A DNA stretch of 64,000 nt from Sphyrna mokarran (Eukaryota), in contig JAGIQG010000012.1 in the NCBI GenBank assembly GCA_024679065.1, positions 52,762,001 through 52,826,000 of the forward strand, given 5' to 3'. This document shows, piece after piece, positions 25,317-38,210 of this stretch (positions are counted from its first letter, which is position 1; every line of letters starts with the position of its first letter). The notes below the pieces were generated by a model. It made no database searches and was not told the origin of the DNA. It saw nothing but the letters and a program-made list of their open reading frames with translations. The translations under genes were made by a program, and so were the position numbers.

Positions 25317-28059
25317 ACATTATAATACCATTTATGGGAGGTTCATCGCTGGAAAAGACTTAAAATAGACTGGTCTGAGGGGGAAATCAGGAAACATGAC
25401 ACATTCATTCCAGATATAGTGGGTTTTTTAATTGAATGTGCTTTCCACAACACATTCATTACTCTGAGTCTTGAATTAATGATAATTGCAAGATGTGAAG
25501 AAAAATGCGGACTGGGAATCAGTATTAATAAAACTCTGCAGAATGCATTACTTTACTGGAAAAGTGCACTGCTGAGCTTTCAGTGAATTAGTGTCGCCCT
25601 CCTGTTGTATAATCCATCCTCGAGTGCTGCGTTACATACTCCGACTGAGCAGATCTCTTGTGAGCTGAATTCAAAATAGGTAAAAATATAGCATGCTTTC
25701 CTCCTGCCTGAGGATAATTATCCTGGGTTCATCAAAATTCTACCTTCATACCTTAAACAAGGAATTATGTGAAAACATTGATGCCTCTGAGCATCCTTGA
25801 GTTGTTTGTACATGCCACTAAAGTCCCTTTCGTCAATATGTTGGCACAGTAACTAGATGCCAGTCACAATAGCAATACAAGTTGGTGACTATGGGATAGC
25901 AAGATGAAGACCACACATTCTGCATTCCAAAAAAAAGCAGCTGAAAAAAAACCAGAATGCAAAGATTCCTGTGGATGAGACATTTTACTCAACTGTTGTT
26001 TTTGGAAGAACTAAAAAAAATACAATATTTAACTATTTTTCCCCAGAGCTCGTTGAAAACAGTTTGTGTTGGTAAGAAGCAAATTCCTTTTGGAATATTT
26101 TCTGTAGTGGTTAGGAAACCAGAGCTGGCAGAACAATCTTGCTATGCAAGGAGCACACTTGAGATAGGAAGGAGGTAAGCACAGTGGGACAGAATGATTT
26201 TAGTGCATTTCAATGCTATGTTGGAGGAAAGGATGTACATTCCATGTAAAAATATTCCTGCTGGTAAGATTGCTTCCTGGGTCTCTTTGCCAAGGGGACG
26301 TATCCTGACCTGTGTCCACAGAAAGGATTCCGTTTGAATCATTGTTATCCTGGTCCTCCTAACTGGATAAAATGCTTTGCAGGTTAATTTTGAGGATGTA
26401 GGTAACTGCATAACCTTATTAGAATCAACATGTCCTTTGAAGCATGGTGAAATGAATTCATTGTATTGAAATTATATTTTAATGGGAAATTTTCTTTTCA
26501 ACTGACACAAGTCAATGCCGGGGATTGGAATATTTTCAATTTAAATTGTTTAAATCAACCAGTGTCAGCAGAATGCAAGCAGATATGGGTTAATGCAAAG
26601 CTCCATCTGCTCTCCCTACACTGTGTCTCATCCTCTGGATAGTAACCACTAAGGGTTTGACCTTTTCCAGTTTCCTATCAATAGCACAGATCTGTGGGCC
26701 TCCCATGTGGAAAGCAGGTCTTGGTGACTAAGTTTGAATAAAGAGCACCTGGGTGTCCCAGATAATCAGTACTTCTTGGTAATTGCCTACTAATGGTTGA
26801 TGGTTTCAGTCCATTTTGGGCAACCTCAGTTCTTCATCATCTCCCTCAAGATGAAGGGACAAGACAAGAAAAGGACATCTTTGTTGCACAGCAAAACTGC
26901 TAGTTTTCAAAATTAATGGTCTCAACCTGGGCAAATGCTTCAGCTTTCTGTTTTAAAATTGAAGTTACGGTTCTAATAACTTGAATAGAAATGCCTCTCA
27001 GAACTTTGCCAAAATGGCCACTTCGCAACACTTCCATTTTACTACCCCAACTAGCAACATTTCTTTATTTGCTTTTGATGGAGGGAAACAGTGTTTCACA
27101 TCAGACACTCAAAACATTGTCGTTCACTCAGTATTATTTGCTGCAAACAATGTAAGAAAAACTTCAATATACTGCCCCTTCCTCCCAAAAATCTGAGGAA
27201 AACCTAACAAAATTTGCCCAAGTTTCAATGATTCAGCAAAACATAGGCATCTGACAACTAATAAATGAATACGATATTGCAATCATTAGCAGTTAAGTGA
27301 ACTGATTCACAAACCAACACAACATGCTAATAGCTGTCTTTACACTAACTTTGGAATAAATCTGTTTTCTTAAGCTAAGAATGTTAACCTTTTGACACCA
27401 GAGACCTAAAAGGAACACTGTGGGTCTTTCAGTGAAAGACATAGCAGACCATGTTCTGATAAGGTTGGAATTTAAAAATTTTCTTTTCATGAAAATCTAA
27501 GTTACTGAACAATGAACATTCAATTCAGCTATACAATGCAATGTACGCTCAAACTTTATTTTAGAACAAATTCCATTGTTCTGATGAAAACCATTTATAA
27601 ACGTTTTGAATTTACTGTTTCTATGTCCTTTAACAAACATGTGAAAATGTATTTTGGAACATGCTGACTTCTACAACTACTACATATGGGAGGTTCTCTG
27701 GGAAAACAATATTCGGAAATATATTTGAAAAATATATTTAACTAAATTGGTACTAGTCGGGAAGATACACACCCTGCTGAGTTTTCAGTCATTGGCTTAC
27801 ACTTTGGAATGGAAGCATTTAAATATATTTGTTTGCAGTGTTGTAAAATCCCCTATCCATAGCTGGACAATGTCCTTGGCACTGAAACACTGGGGAGGTA
27901 TAACTATGTGGTAAGCAAGGACAGTCCAGAAACATGTAGCAAAACAAGCAGTGTGACTTTACTAAAACCACAAAGCATTCTGCCAGAAACCTGGCTGTTT
28001 TATGACTCTTTGCTTAAGAGACCAATTTCATTTGAAATTCCTGATCAGCTTAAAATAAT

Positions 28060-28130
28060 TGTCAGGTTTGATGGCATCTGCAGTATTTTGCTTTTATGTC
28101 AGGTTTGATGGCATGATATGATTTGATGGC
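28060..28130 (+). repeat. 18-bp exact direct repeat plus partial third copy
   Basis: tgtcaggtttgatggcat at 28060-28077 and 28097-28114; tttgatggc at 28122-28130. Confidence 0.85.
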
Positions 28131-28371
28131 TTGAGTCACGCATTGCCAGAGAAGCATTTGCACGTTCTCTTTACACAAGTAGATTCCCGGCTTGAATCTG
28201 GAGTGGCAAAAGGGAATTGTTACAATTTCTTCTTCCGAGTCGGGAATGGAGAAAACAGTCTATCTAGCAGGAACCTGGTCATACCTGAAAATAAAACTTT
28301 TCTACATTAATGCTGCCATACAAATGAAAATTGTTGTCACTATTGAATAGAATTAGGTCCCCAATTTGGGA

Positions 28372-28846
28372 AATATAGGAATTAGAAACAGAAATAGGCA
28401 AATTCAGCACATTGAGCCTACTCTGTCATTCAGTCAGATCACAGTTGATCCCTCTCTGGTCTCAAATCCATCTCCCCACCTGTTCCCCACATCCCCTTAT
28501 CTTTTTTTTGTTCTCTCATCGCTGAAACCATTCATTCAATGATTCACATTCCAACACACTATGAGACAGCGAGTTCCGCAAATTCATCACCCATTGCGAA
28601 AAGTGGGTCCTACTTATCTCAGTCTTAAATCTAGCACCTCTCTACCTATGCCTGCGACCTGATGTTCAAGATTGCCCCACAAGATGAAACAATTAGTTTA
28701 CATTTATTTTATCAATCCCTTCTAAACTTAAATACACCTCAATCAGATCCTCTCTCATCCTTCTAAACTACAGCGAGTACAAGCCCAATTCTTTTAATCT
28801 CTCCTCATACATGAATTGTTTTATTTCTGGAACCGATCTCTTGAAC
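28372..28846 (-). mobile_element. CR1 3' fragment
   Basis: ataggaattagaaacagaaataggcaaattcagc tail. cctcaatcagatcctctctcatccttctaaact is the reverse complement of SLEG.RMRGDLIEV. Confidence 0.8.
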
Positions 28847-29229
28847 AGAATGGAAGACCTGTTAGGATTTCAGGCTAGCATAAATATCCCGTGGAAACTG
28901 GTTGATTGTTTATGGATAAATCAACCTGGCAAATGAGACAAATATCTTCTTCTGCACGTGAACGAAGTTACAAGGCAATACAAGTTTATCAGAATCATTT
29001 TCATTCCATTTGCTCAGATCTTATACCCTGTCCCAAGATTAAGGGAATTGGAGGAGTGAAAAATAAATGTCTCCAGAAAAGGGGGAAACTTTCCAGCTCA
29101 TCCACAGTCCATAAGCAAAAATACAAAAGCACAATGACGTCTATCCTAGCAAGTGCTCATTTAAGCATCAACAAAACTTGAAGAACCTTATCTGCCAATT
29201 ACAGCAGTTACCACAGACATTAACTTGGC

Positions 29230-29712
29230 TCCGTAGTCACACTCCTACATTCTGGGTTGGCAGATGATAAGTTGAAGCCCAACTTCAACATTTGAATACA
29301 AACCAAGCTAGCGTAAGTGACCTATTTGTATCCACTGAGGATGAAATCGAGGTAGGTTCTCCATTTTGGTTCAAACATTCCACATAGTCTGCTGGAACAA
29401 TTAGAAGTTATATACTGTTCCAGTGAGGCTTTCAGACAACCCACTGATTCACTGGGATAGGTAAATGAGAAAGTTGGATATCAAAAGCTCTTGTGGCACT
29501 GTGGACAGAACTGCACAGAGCTCTCCCTGTATCCCTTCAACTTATATCACCAAAAACTGATAAAAGATTGCGAGATAAATGATGATTTAATGAGATGCTG
29601 CCTTTTTTAAGCAGTATATATTAGTCACTGCACGGCAATTCATTTATACTTGAAGTGTTTTGATGCATTTAAATGTGATAAAGGGACTATTTGACTACAA
29701 GTCTTTCTTTTC
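29230..29712 (+). mobile_element. Old Deu-domain-like SINE, highly decayed
   Basis: tRNA-like head and 3' tail gaagtgttttgatg...gtgataaagggactatttgactacaagtctttctttt resembling 52500-52925. Confidence 0.45.
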
Positions 29713-31229
29713 CTTTCTCACATGTTTCTATTTTCCTGCTGCAATCAGAGTGGTTTCTAGAACAATTACCTTGAGTGGACCCATAAAGATGATTAGGACC
29801 ATAGCAACTACACTCGCAAGATGCCAGAGGAAATGGTAGTGGAAATGATGAAATCAAAACATCTATTACAAATCAGGTGGGGGCACCAAAAAGGAACAGT
29901 GACCTAAGGAGTCAGTATCCTCAGCCTGCAAATATCCAAGTGCCTCAAGTGAATGAGATGCCACTATAGCACACCAGAGAGAAATTGGGATTACTCCCAG
30001 AATAACAGTACTCATGCTGATAAATTTCATGAGGGGATATGATCCATAATGATAGTCTCAGAACATGATCAATGCATGGTTCAATTCCTGTTCTGCACAG
30101 AGAATACTGGAAGAAGAATTGCATGAACTCAAAAAATTAACTTCATTTATCTCAATCTGGTAGTTCTTTTAAAGTTAAGAGATAGGCCAAAACTTTACTA
30201 GTTCTCTGGAGACAAGCTGGGTGGCAAGAGAACCTGCAAAATGGTAGTGCAAGAGAGGAATTGCCCGACATGTTCCTATAGCTATGAGATATTCCAGGTG
30301 GGAATGGCAGCAGTACAGTTGCCTGCCAACTGGTGATGGATGGCCAATTAATTCAATTAAGTGGACAATTTGCTGCACTTTAAACACCATCAGCATTTTA
30401 TCAGCATCAATAGGGATATTTGCTGTGTGGGGAAACCGTCAGGCAGCATTGGCCACCTTCACAGCTCTGATACCCCTGCTGAATGCATCATTCCTTCAAC
30501 TGCAGGCTGACCAATGGAATTTTTAAAAAATCTTCTGGACCTTTGAGAATAGACCATAATGGAGGCACCTTTTCCTTCTCCTTGCAGCCTCAGCTCTGGC
30601 TATCTCCATCATAGCATTGCTGACATTGGACAGTTGCCAGCTTTCAGCTTTGAGAGACAGGCTGCTGAGCTAAATTGGTCAGCAGCCCTGTTCAACTCCT
30701 GTAAAAATTCCGGCCACTATAACACAATAGCGATAAAATGGTCTATAAACAATAATGTGGATGGACTGTATCTCAAACTTCAAAGTCCATTACTTAAAAT
30801 TAATTCAAAATCAGTTCTAATCTCCTTGCTGACCTATTAAGGAGTCTGCAGACAAACTATCCCATCAAAATGTTAAACATTCCACTCAAATCAGCACTTG
30901 TGATCTGTGACACAGAGCAGTACTCTGTATCTGAAGAATTACCCAAGGCTAGTTCAAAATCAAATCTCTTGTTCATTATTTTGGTCTTTTAAGTGAGTTT
31001 CCTCTCATTACTCTGCCTGCTGAAGACATTAAATGAAATCTCTATGACAAGTGCCTTAGGTACTGACTTTAAAGGCAGTCAGGGATAGTAATTAAAATAT
31101 AAGCAGTGATGGGATTGCATTTATTTATAATGAACAGTTCAGCTGGCAAGTGATTTAGTTTGTCATGCCGTTCACTGCAATCTGAAAGCTCATGAAACAC
31201 TTTTAAGACTAGCCTACAAGCTCGTTTTT

Positions 31230-31635
31230 AGAAGCAATGTAGAAGGTCTCAAACAGAGTTACAAGCTATCAGGAAAGTCAGAACTCATTGGGGACCATTT
31301 CTTTAGAAAATAGAAGGTGAAGGGGCAACCTAATGGATGTCTTTTAAATTATGGCAGGACATAGCAGGGATGGGGTAAACATGCAGAAAATGTTCCATTC
31401 ATGGACCAATCCAACATCAGGAGCCCTAAATATAAGATAGTCATGAATAAGAAGAAATTTAGAAGAAACTTCTTTCCGCTGCGGGTGGTTGAAGTTAGAA
31501 CTTGCTATTCACGGAATAAGTGGGACGAATAGCAAAGTATTAAAAGGAAGCTAAATGATACACTTAGGAAAAAAGGAATTTGAAGTTATGATTCAAAAGG
31601 CTAGGTGAAGTAAATTGGGAGGAGGCTTATGCAAA
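31230..31635 (+). mobile_element. CR1 3' fragment, decayed
   Basis: tctttagaaaatagaaggtgaaggggcaacctaatggatgtc (SLENRR.RGNLMDV); agaagaaacttcttt...gggtggtt. Confidence 0.7.
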
Positions 31636-31833
31636 CCGATCCAAAATAGCAATCATCTGTTTTCATTGGTTGCCAGCCTTCGCAAGTTTACATTTCAAAT
31701 TTTTAGCATTCAGTTTTCCTTTCACCACAACAATTGTATATGCGTGCCCAGAGAATAGAGATCTCCTTCTGAAGACTATTTCCATGGCAATTTACTAAAC
31801 AGATAAAGAGAAATGCTAGTTGGCTTTCTGTAC

Positions 31834-32003
31834 CTTGTGACCTCTTGCTGTAGTTTTGAGACGCAGGGTACATAAAACATCACTCCAAAGAAAAGGAGAG
31901 GCTCATTGGCAAATTTGTCCAGTTGTTTTTTCAGAGCTTTTTCTAGTTCTACCCATCGTCCTTGCTGGGTTTTGCTGAGGAACCAAAGTCCAAAATAATG
32001 GGT
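31834..32003 (-). CDS. PTPN14: PTPN14 second coding exon (FERM F1 lobe, 170 nt)
   Basis: Acceptor ttaactctcccttgtttcttccaacag|ACC. Translates [56 protein letters not shown](R). Donor AG|gtacag (phase 2). In frame with the previous exon. Not in the ORF track in this frame because it has no start codon. Confidence 0.97.
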
Positions 32004-32982
32004 CTGTTGGAAGAAACAAGGGAGAGTTAATTGACTGATGCATACGTTCTCGGATTCCTACATACCAATAAAATTTCACAGTATACATTTTACTCCTGAT
32101 AATGAAAAGTCGTCTTCTCAAGGAAGATGAATACTATAATTTAAATTAAACATGCAACATCACGAGAGAGAAAAACTCATTCAAAAAATAGATCATTAAA
32201 TGAAGGGATTCTGAATTAATAGCAGATTGCATTCATGGTTCCCTTTACTCTCCAAGTCACAGAATGATTTCCTAGAAATCGAATGATTTCCAATGCACGA
32301 TTATTAAGGGATTAATTCTTCACGCAACGTTATGCAAACACTGCAGCTCTAGAACTTCCTTCAGCAGTGTATAACTCAAAATCTTACACGGTATTTCACA
32401 AAAATTTCAGTTATCTCATTTTATTTAACTGTTGAACAGAATTTCAAAGAAAATACAAACAATTTTGTGGTACTCTTGTAACATTCTTCTGCATTTTCAT
32501 GCACTTTATAACCATATTTAGGTTGTGCCAAATCTTGATAAGGATTTGGCCGAGAAGTGGATTAATATTCTGTGTGACCTAGAGAATTTGTGCAACTTTA
32601 TTATATCATTCTGGGTGCAATTCTCTCTCCAGGTTATCCTGACACAGTCACATTCAACAATATTTGACTTTCTTTTTTAAATACGAGTTTAAGTTGCACT
32701 GCTGCAAGGACAATTGAACATCAGATACCATGTTAGTGAAAAGATTTCATTACGTGTACAGCAAAGAAAAGCCAGAATTTGCATTTCAATTTACTGCAAG
32801 TACATCCAGCCCAAATTTGCAGTTCCAGTTCTGGCCAACAGTGACCTGCAGGGGTAAGACACAAACTAGAAGCTACGGCAGAGATGAACTAAGGTGAAAA
32901 ACAGTAGTGATCCTAAAATATAAATTTCAATATCTAGCCCACCAAAATAATTGTATTAAAGTCAGAGTAATGAAAGATACAA

Positions 32983-33490
32983 GGGGTGGAATTTTTCATT
33001 TTGTGCTGAGTTGAGAGTACCAGTGTGCTGTTGGCTTTCCTTTCCATATTGTGCAGCACTCGTGTAGAAAAAATGTGCAGGAGTGGCACACCCAGTGGGT
33101 TCCTTCACCTGGTTCATATTGCTAAACCTGCGGTAAATCTCACTGATGTGACATTATCATGACAAGGGGGAATTCCTGACATGGGGGAGATGATACCATG
33201 GGAAAACCCTTTAATGAGACGTTAATTTATTGAAAACAAGGTTCCCAACCTGCACACTGTGCGCACAGTCTATTGGGAGATCAGTGCTCCTGCGCAATGG
33301 TGCCCCTGGAACTCAGCAGCCAGATTCTCAGGTGAGCTGAGGCTCCACCCTCCCCCTACTGGTGAAATTTGCATTACAGTTTCTATATTGCACAGTGCCG
33401 TAAATTCACAATACTTACCTCACTGAAAAAGTTTTTAATTTTTCTGAAAAAAAATTGCACTGTTAATCTCTCCAAAAGGGAGACTGGGTT
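32983..33490. mobile_element. Degenerate GC-rich DNA-transposon-like repeat
   Basis: Begins ggggtggaatttttc, like the MITE termini. The internal sequence is unclassified. Confidence 0.35.
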
Positions 33491-33649
33491 AATACTAATA
33501 GAACTGAAGTTTAAGCAGTAAATAGCTTTATTCTACAGGCAGATGAAATAGAGCAATGTAATTGCTGTAACTTACATTTATCTAATAACAAAAATAAAGA
33601 ACGTACGCTGCAACCCCTCCAAACAGTGGGCTATCTTACTAAACTTAAC

Positions 33650-33787
33650 GGATGGAATTTTCCCATCCCACCTACCATGGGAATCGTAGCAGGTGGGACA
33701 GAAAAATTGGTAGACCATTTAAAGGTCTGTTGACCTCAGCTAGGAATTTTCAGTCTTCGGGCACACGCAACCAGAAAAATCCCACCC
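33650..33787 (-). mobile_element. ~135-bp MITE-like element (inverse copy of 40317)
   Basis: ggatggaattttccc...aaaggtctgttgacctc...gaaaaatcccaccc. The reverse complement aligns with 40317-40446. Confidence 0.75.
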
Positions 33788-35167
33788 ATCACTTGCACTA
33801 CATTCTCTCCTGTTGCTGGACACCCTCTTCACAACTCAACATGGGGCTGTTCTGAAAAGCAAATACTTTTAAAGCAGCTCAACTTAAAACACAGTTTAAC
33901 CCAATTAACATTTAAGTATGTTTTAAAGGCCGTAGCTCCCAACACTGGTCATTATCTGTCAAGCCTTTTAACCTCGGTTTACATGTTTGGATAACATTGC
34001 ACGTGAACAAGCCAGTGGCTCCAGATCACAGTAGTGTGAGATGGTTGTTCTGGACTGGGTTGTTGAGTAGGTGGAGTTTCAGTGCTAGGGCCTCTCCATG
34101 CTCTGGATAAATTGAGTGGCGTGATCAGTTGTCCCTGATTGAAGATGACCAAGTCAAATAGCTCTTTAAGAATGTGCCCAAGTTCCTAAGATTCCCTTAA
34201 ATCAATCTTTTCAGACTGGTCTATAATTTGCTGAGCTTCCATTTCATAATTTACCAATATTTTAAGATGCTGGACTTATAATAAGATTGTATAAAGGAGG
34301 CTGGGCTATTACAGTCACTGCTGTTATAATGAAGGGACTGTCATCACTTGGCATCTTTAATTACACCACCATATCACCTAATTATCTATTTCATTTTCCC
34401 TACTGGAATGAGCAATGCAAGAATATCGGCGCATAGAACCACTTCAATTTTGGAAGTCAGTGTTACCACCTCCTAGCAGTTAGATATAATGCCACCAAAA
34501 CAAAGATAAACACAACCCAACCAACAAAGTAAACCTTCTGAATCTAAAAAAATGCAAAAATATTTAAGTATTAGAAAAGAAAACAAAACGTATTTTAAAA
34601 AAGATATCTGCGTCTACATGACTCAACTTCTTGTTGTCACTTTTTGTGGCAACTTTTTCTCATTACGTATCTCTGAATAGACTATTGCTAAACCTCCCCA
34701 CTTATGTCCTTGCAGCTTGTCTCCACTTGTCACCAAGTGGTGGCACTGTCGGGGCTGTGTTCTGTATTTAGCTGTTTTTCTGCATCTGTTTCTGCTCCTG
34801 CTTGGCCAAGATCCAAAATCAGTCCACTCAAAACAAAGCTTTTTCTTTATAAAAATGACCTGCTTTTCCTGATACAGGAAGGGACAGAACGTGAGCTAGT
34901 GTTACCAGAGAATGCAGAGAAAGAAACAAAAAGCTGAAAGACCAGCACAAATCCAATCTTATTTAGATAAAATTCTGCTTTCTTTCTTCCTTCCCTGGGG
35001 GAAAAGTTTCCTGTCAAATTTATTTTTTTTAAAAATCAACCCACCTTTTTACAGGAAATCAGAGCTCATTATGAGCTGCTTTTTATGTGATAAACCAACC
35101 CTACTGGGGCTTAGTTATATTCCAGGGCCAATCTAGTGATAGTTTCCAGTTTAAGAAGAAGGAATAT

Positions 35168-35450
35168 AGGGCAACACAGTTGGAGTGGTTAGCACTGCTG
35201 CCTGAGCACCAGGGACCCAGGCTCGATTCCTGGCTTGAGTCACTGTCTGTGCAGAATCTGTACGTTCTCCCCATGTCTGCATGGGGGTGCTCCAATTTCT
35301 TCCCATAGTCTAAAAGACATGCTAGTTAGGTGCACTGGCCATGCTGAATTTTCCCTCTGTGTCCTCAAACATAGTATGGCGATTTTCACAGCAACTTCAT
35401 TGCAGTATTAACATAAGCCTACTTGCAACACCAATAAATAAACTAAAAAC
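35168..35450 (+). mobile_element. V-SINE (gtgacactaataaa-tail subfamily)
   Basis: gggcaacacagttggagtggttagcactgctgcctga...ataagcctacttgcaacaccaataaataaac. Confidence 0.87.
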
Positions 35451-35454
35451 CGAA

Positions 35455-35722
35455 AAGGTTTAAGGCGAGAGGGGAGAGATACAGAAGTGTCCAGAGGGGC
35501 AAATATTTCATACAGTGGGTGGTGAGTGCCTGGAACAAGCTGCCAGAGTAGTAGAGGCAGGTACAATTTTGTCTTTTAAAAAGCATTTAGACAGTTACAT
35601 TAGTAAAGTGAATATGGAGGCATATGGGCCAAAATGTGGGCAAATCGGGACTAGCTCCGTGGTTAAAAAAAAGCAGACAAGTTAGGCTGAAGGGACTGCT
35701 TCCATGCTGTAAATTTCTATGA
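35455..35722 (+). mobile_element. CR1 3' end
   Basis: aggtttaaggcgagaggggagagat...gtgagtgcctggaacaagctgccagag...ggctgaagggactgcttccatgctgt...ctatgact. Confidence 0.8.
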
Positions 35723-36084
35723 CTCGACTCTAAGACAAGGTGGTCACTTGATGGCAAATAGGTTGAATAGGAGGCTTTCAAATAATCACTCACTTAATTT
35801 CCATGTGAATTACTCTGAACAATTTGCAGTATTCACCCTGTTTTTTTCTCCCCAAAGGGAAATCCACTGAGCTCCATGACTATTGAAAAGTTTGGGTGCC
35901 TGAATCAATTGATATGTTGGATTTTCCTTTTCAGGACAAAATATTGTTTTAAAAATTATGCTGAAAACAGCTGAATAATTTTAACATGTAAAAGATCTAG
36001 TTGTCGAGTCACTGTGCCTGCTTACCCGATTAACTAGATGCAGTTTTATTCAGTTGCTTTCTTTGGAGAGGAATTCTTAAAGAT

Positions 36085-36727
36085 ATTAAGAACATAGGAA
36101 ATAGGAGCAGGAATACTCAACACAATTCCTTCACAGAACCACAGAATTGTTACACCACAGAAAGAGGATTTCATGTCCACACCAGTACTCCAAATGAGCA
36201 TTACAACTTAGGTGTTATTCTCCTGCCTTTTTCCCATATCCTTGCACATTATTTGAATTGAAACAATATTGAAAGCCCTCTTGGACGCCTCAATTGAACC
36301 CACCTCCACTACACTTCCAGGTAGTGCATTCCAGACCCAAACTATTCACGGTGTGAAAAATATTTTGCTCACATCACATTTGCTTCTTTTGCAAGTTATT
36401 TGAAATCTGTGCCTTCTCCTGTTTGATCTGAGTGGGAACAGTTTCTCCCCATCTATGCTGCCCTCATGATTTTGATCATTTGTATCCAAACTCCCTTTAT
36501 CTGCCTTCTCTCAAAGAACAAAACAGCATGGAAAACAGGTCTTTCAACCCAACAAGCCTGTGCTGCCACCCTGACGTCTCCAAGGAAAATGGTCCCAACT
36601 TCACCAATCTATCCTCATAATTCAAGTTTTTCATCGTCGGCACAATTCAGTAAAAAATTCTATGCAAGTATATCCTTCCTTAAACATGGTGACCAAAACT
36701 ATTCCAGATTTGGTCTCACCAAGGCAT
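36085..36727 (-). mobile_element. Composite of CR1 3' fragments
   Basis: aagaacataggaaataggagcagg tail; cttccaggtagtgcattccagacc; ggtgaccaaaactattccagatttggtctcaccaagg. Confidence 0.65.
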
Positions 36728-36894
36728 AAATTAGTTCCAAAGAAATTATTTAAGCTTTACACTCAATAACTTAGATTGTTATTGAGTGTAACAATAACTA
36801 AACACCCAATAACAATAACCATTACAAGTTACATCCCAAAATTAGAAGATGAGCAACAGTCTAAGAGCAAGGAATATAAAGCAGCAAACATCAG

Positions 36895-37613
36895 ACAGGA
36901 AAAACATTTGAGAGAAACTTAAAACACTTAACTCTGACAACCTTATAGGCTTATACACTCTAGGGTTGTAAAAGAGATAGGTGCAGAAATAGTGGATACA
37001 CTGGTTAAGGTTGTCTAAAATTCCCTAAATTTTAGAATGATCCTCGCAAATTGGAAGTTAGCAATTGTAACACAGCTTTCCAAAAAAGAGAGAGGGAGAA
37101 AACCAAGCATTATAAGCTAGTTAGTCTGACATCAGTTAACAGGCAAATATGCACTTTGTCTGATCATGCAATAATTTTCCAAGTCAACATTGTTTTTTTG
37201 AAGGGAAATCATGTTAAACAAATTTGTTAAAAAGATTTTTGAGCATGCAACTGGCAAAGCAGATAAAGGGAAACTTGTAGATGTAATATATTTGGATTTT
37301 CAAATAAACATTCATAAAGATACCACACAAAAAGTTAATGCGCAGGAAAGAGCTCCTGAAATTGGTGGTGATTTATTAACTTTGATAAAGGACTGGTTAA
37401 CAAACAGGAAGCAAGGACTATGGCTAAACAGGCCATTTTTAAGTTGTTAGGCTGTATCTATTAGAGTTGGAGTCTGACAAATGTCAGTGATTGTAAGTCG
37501 CTGAGATCCACCTATATATTAATTACTTACATGGAAGACCAAGACTATTATATCTAGGTTTCCTGACAATACAAAAATACATGGGATGCAAATTGTGAGG
37601 AGGACACAAAGAA
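36895..37613 (+). mobile_element. CR1 RT fragment (resumes at 38218)
   Basis: KGKSC, VDVIYLDFQ, IKDWLTNRKQ, and a decayed FADD region (tttcctgacaat). Confidence 0.8.
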
Positions 37614-38210
37614 CAACTTCAGGAAGGAGAGCATGCTTTTGTCTACATCAATGAGGACAAAGTAGAAAGGGGCAAGAGCTTCTACTTTCTCAGAAGATTA
37701 AAGAAATTTGGCATGTCAGCTATAACTCTCACCAACTTTTACAGATGCACCACTGAAAGCATTCTTTCTGATTGTAATGCAGCTTGGTATGGCTCCTACT
37801 CTACCCAACACCGAAAGGAACTACAAAAGGTTGTGAATGTAGCCCCATCCATCAGATAAACCAGCCTCTCATTTACTATCTATATTTCCTGCTGCCTCAG
37901 CAAAGCAGCCAGCATATTTAAGAACCCAATACACCTCAGACATTCTCTCTTCTACCTTCTTCTGTTGCAAAAAGATACAGAAGTCTGAGGTCACATACTA
38001 ATCGCCTCAAGAACAACTTCTTCCCTGCTGCTGTCAGACTTTTGAATGAACTTGCTTTGCATTTAGTGGATCTTTCTCTACACTCTAGCCATGAATGTAA
38101 TATTCTGCATTCTCTCATTTCCTTCTCCATAAATGGTATGTTTTGTCTGTATAGCACGCAAGAAACAATACTTTTCACTATGTTTCTAATGCGAAAATAA
38201 TAAATCAAAT
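37614..38210 (+). mobile_element. Rex1/Babar-clade LINE 3' part inserted in CR1
   Basis: YFLRRLKKFGMS..TLTNFYRCT.ESILS.C..AWYG; RLKNNFFP; (tcaaa)n tail; CAAAGAA duplicated at 37607-37613 and 38211-38217. Confidence 0.85.

Larger units (their letters stand above)
1..31833 (-). other. PTPN14: PTPN14 intron after second coding exon (partial, >31.8 kb)
   Basis: Begins with the GT donor at 31833. The expected next exon (YQYYLQVKKDVLEG...) was not found by eye in 1-31833. Confidence 0.75.

Noticed and set aside
25585-25610. CTCF-like gtgtcgccctcctgttg
   Set aside because: Mismatch or register shift in the core makes it a poor match.
33175-33210. U1 snRNA-like ggggagat..accatg, plus ATACTTACCT at 33411
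   Set aside because: The pieces are in the wrong order, with no remaining U1 stems or Sm site. The second piece is better read as a minus-strand donor.
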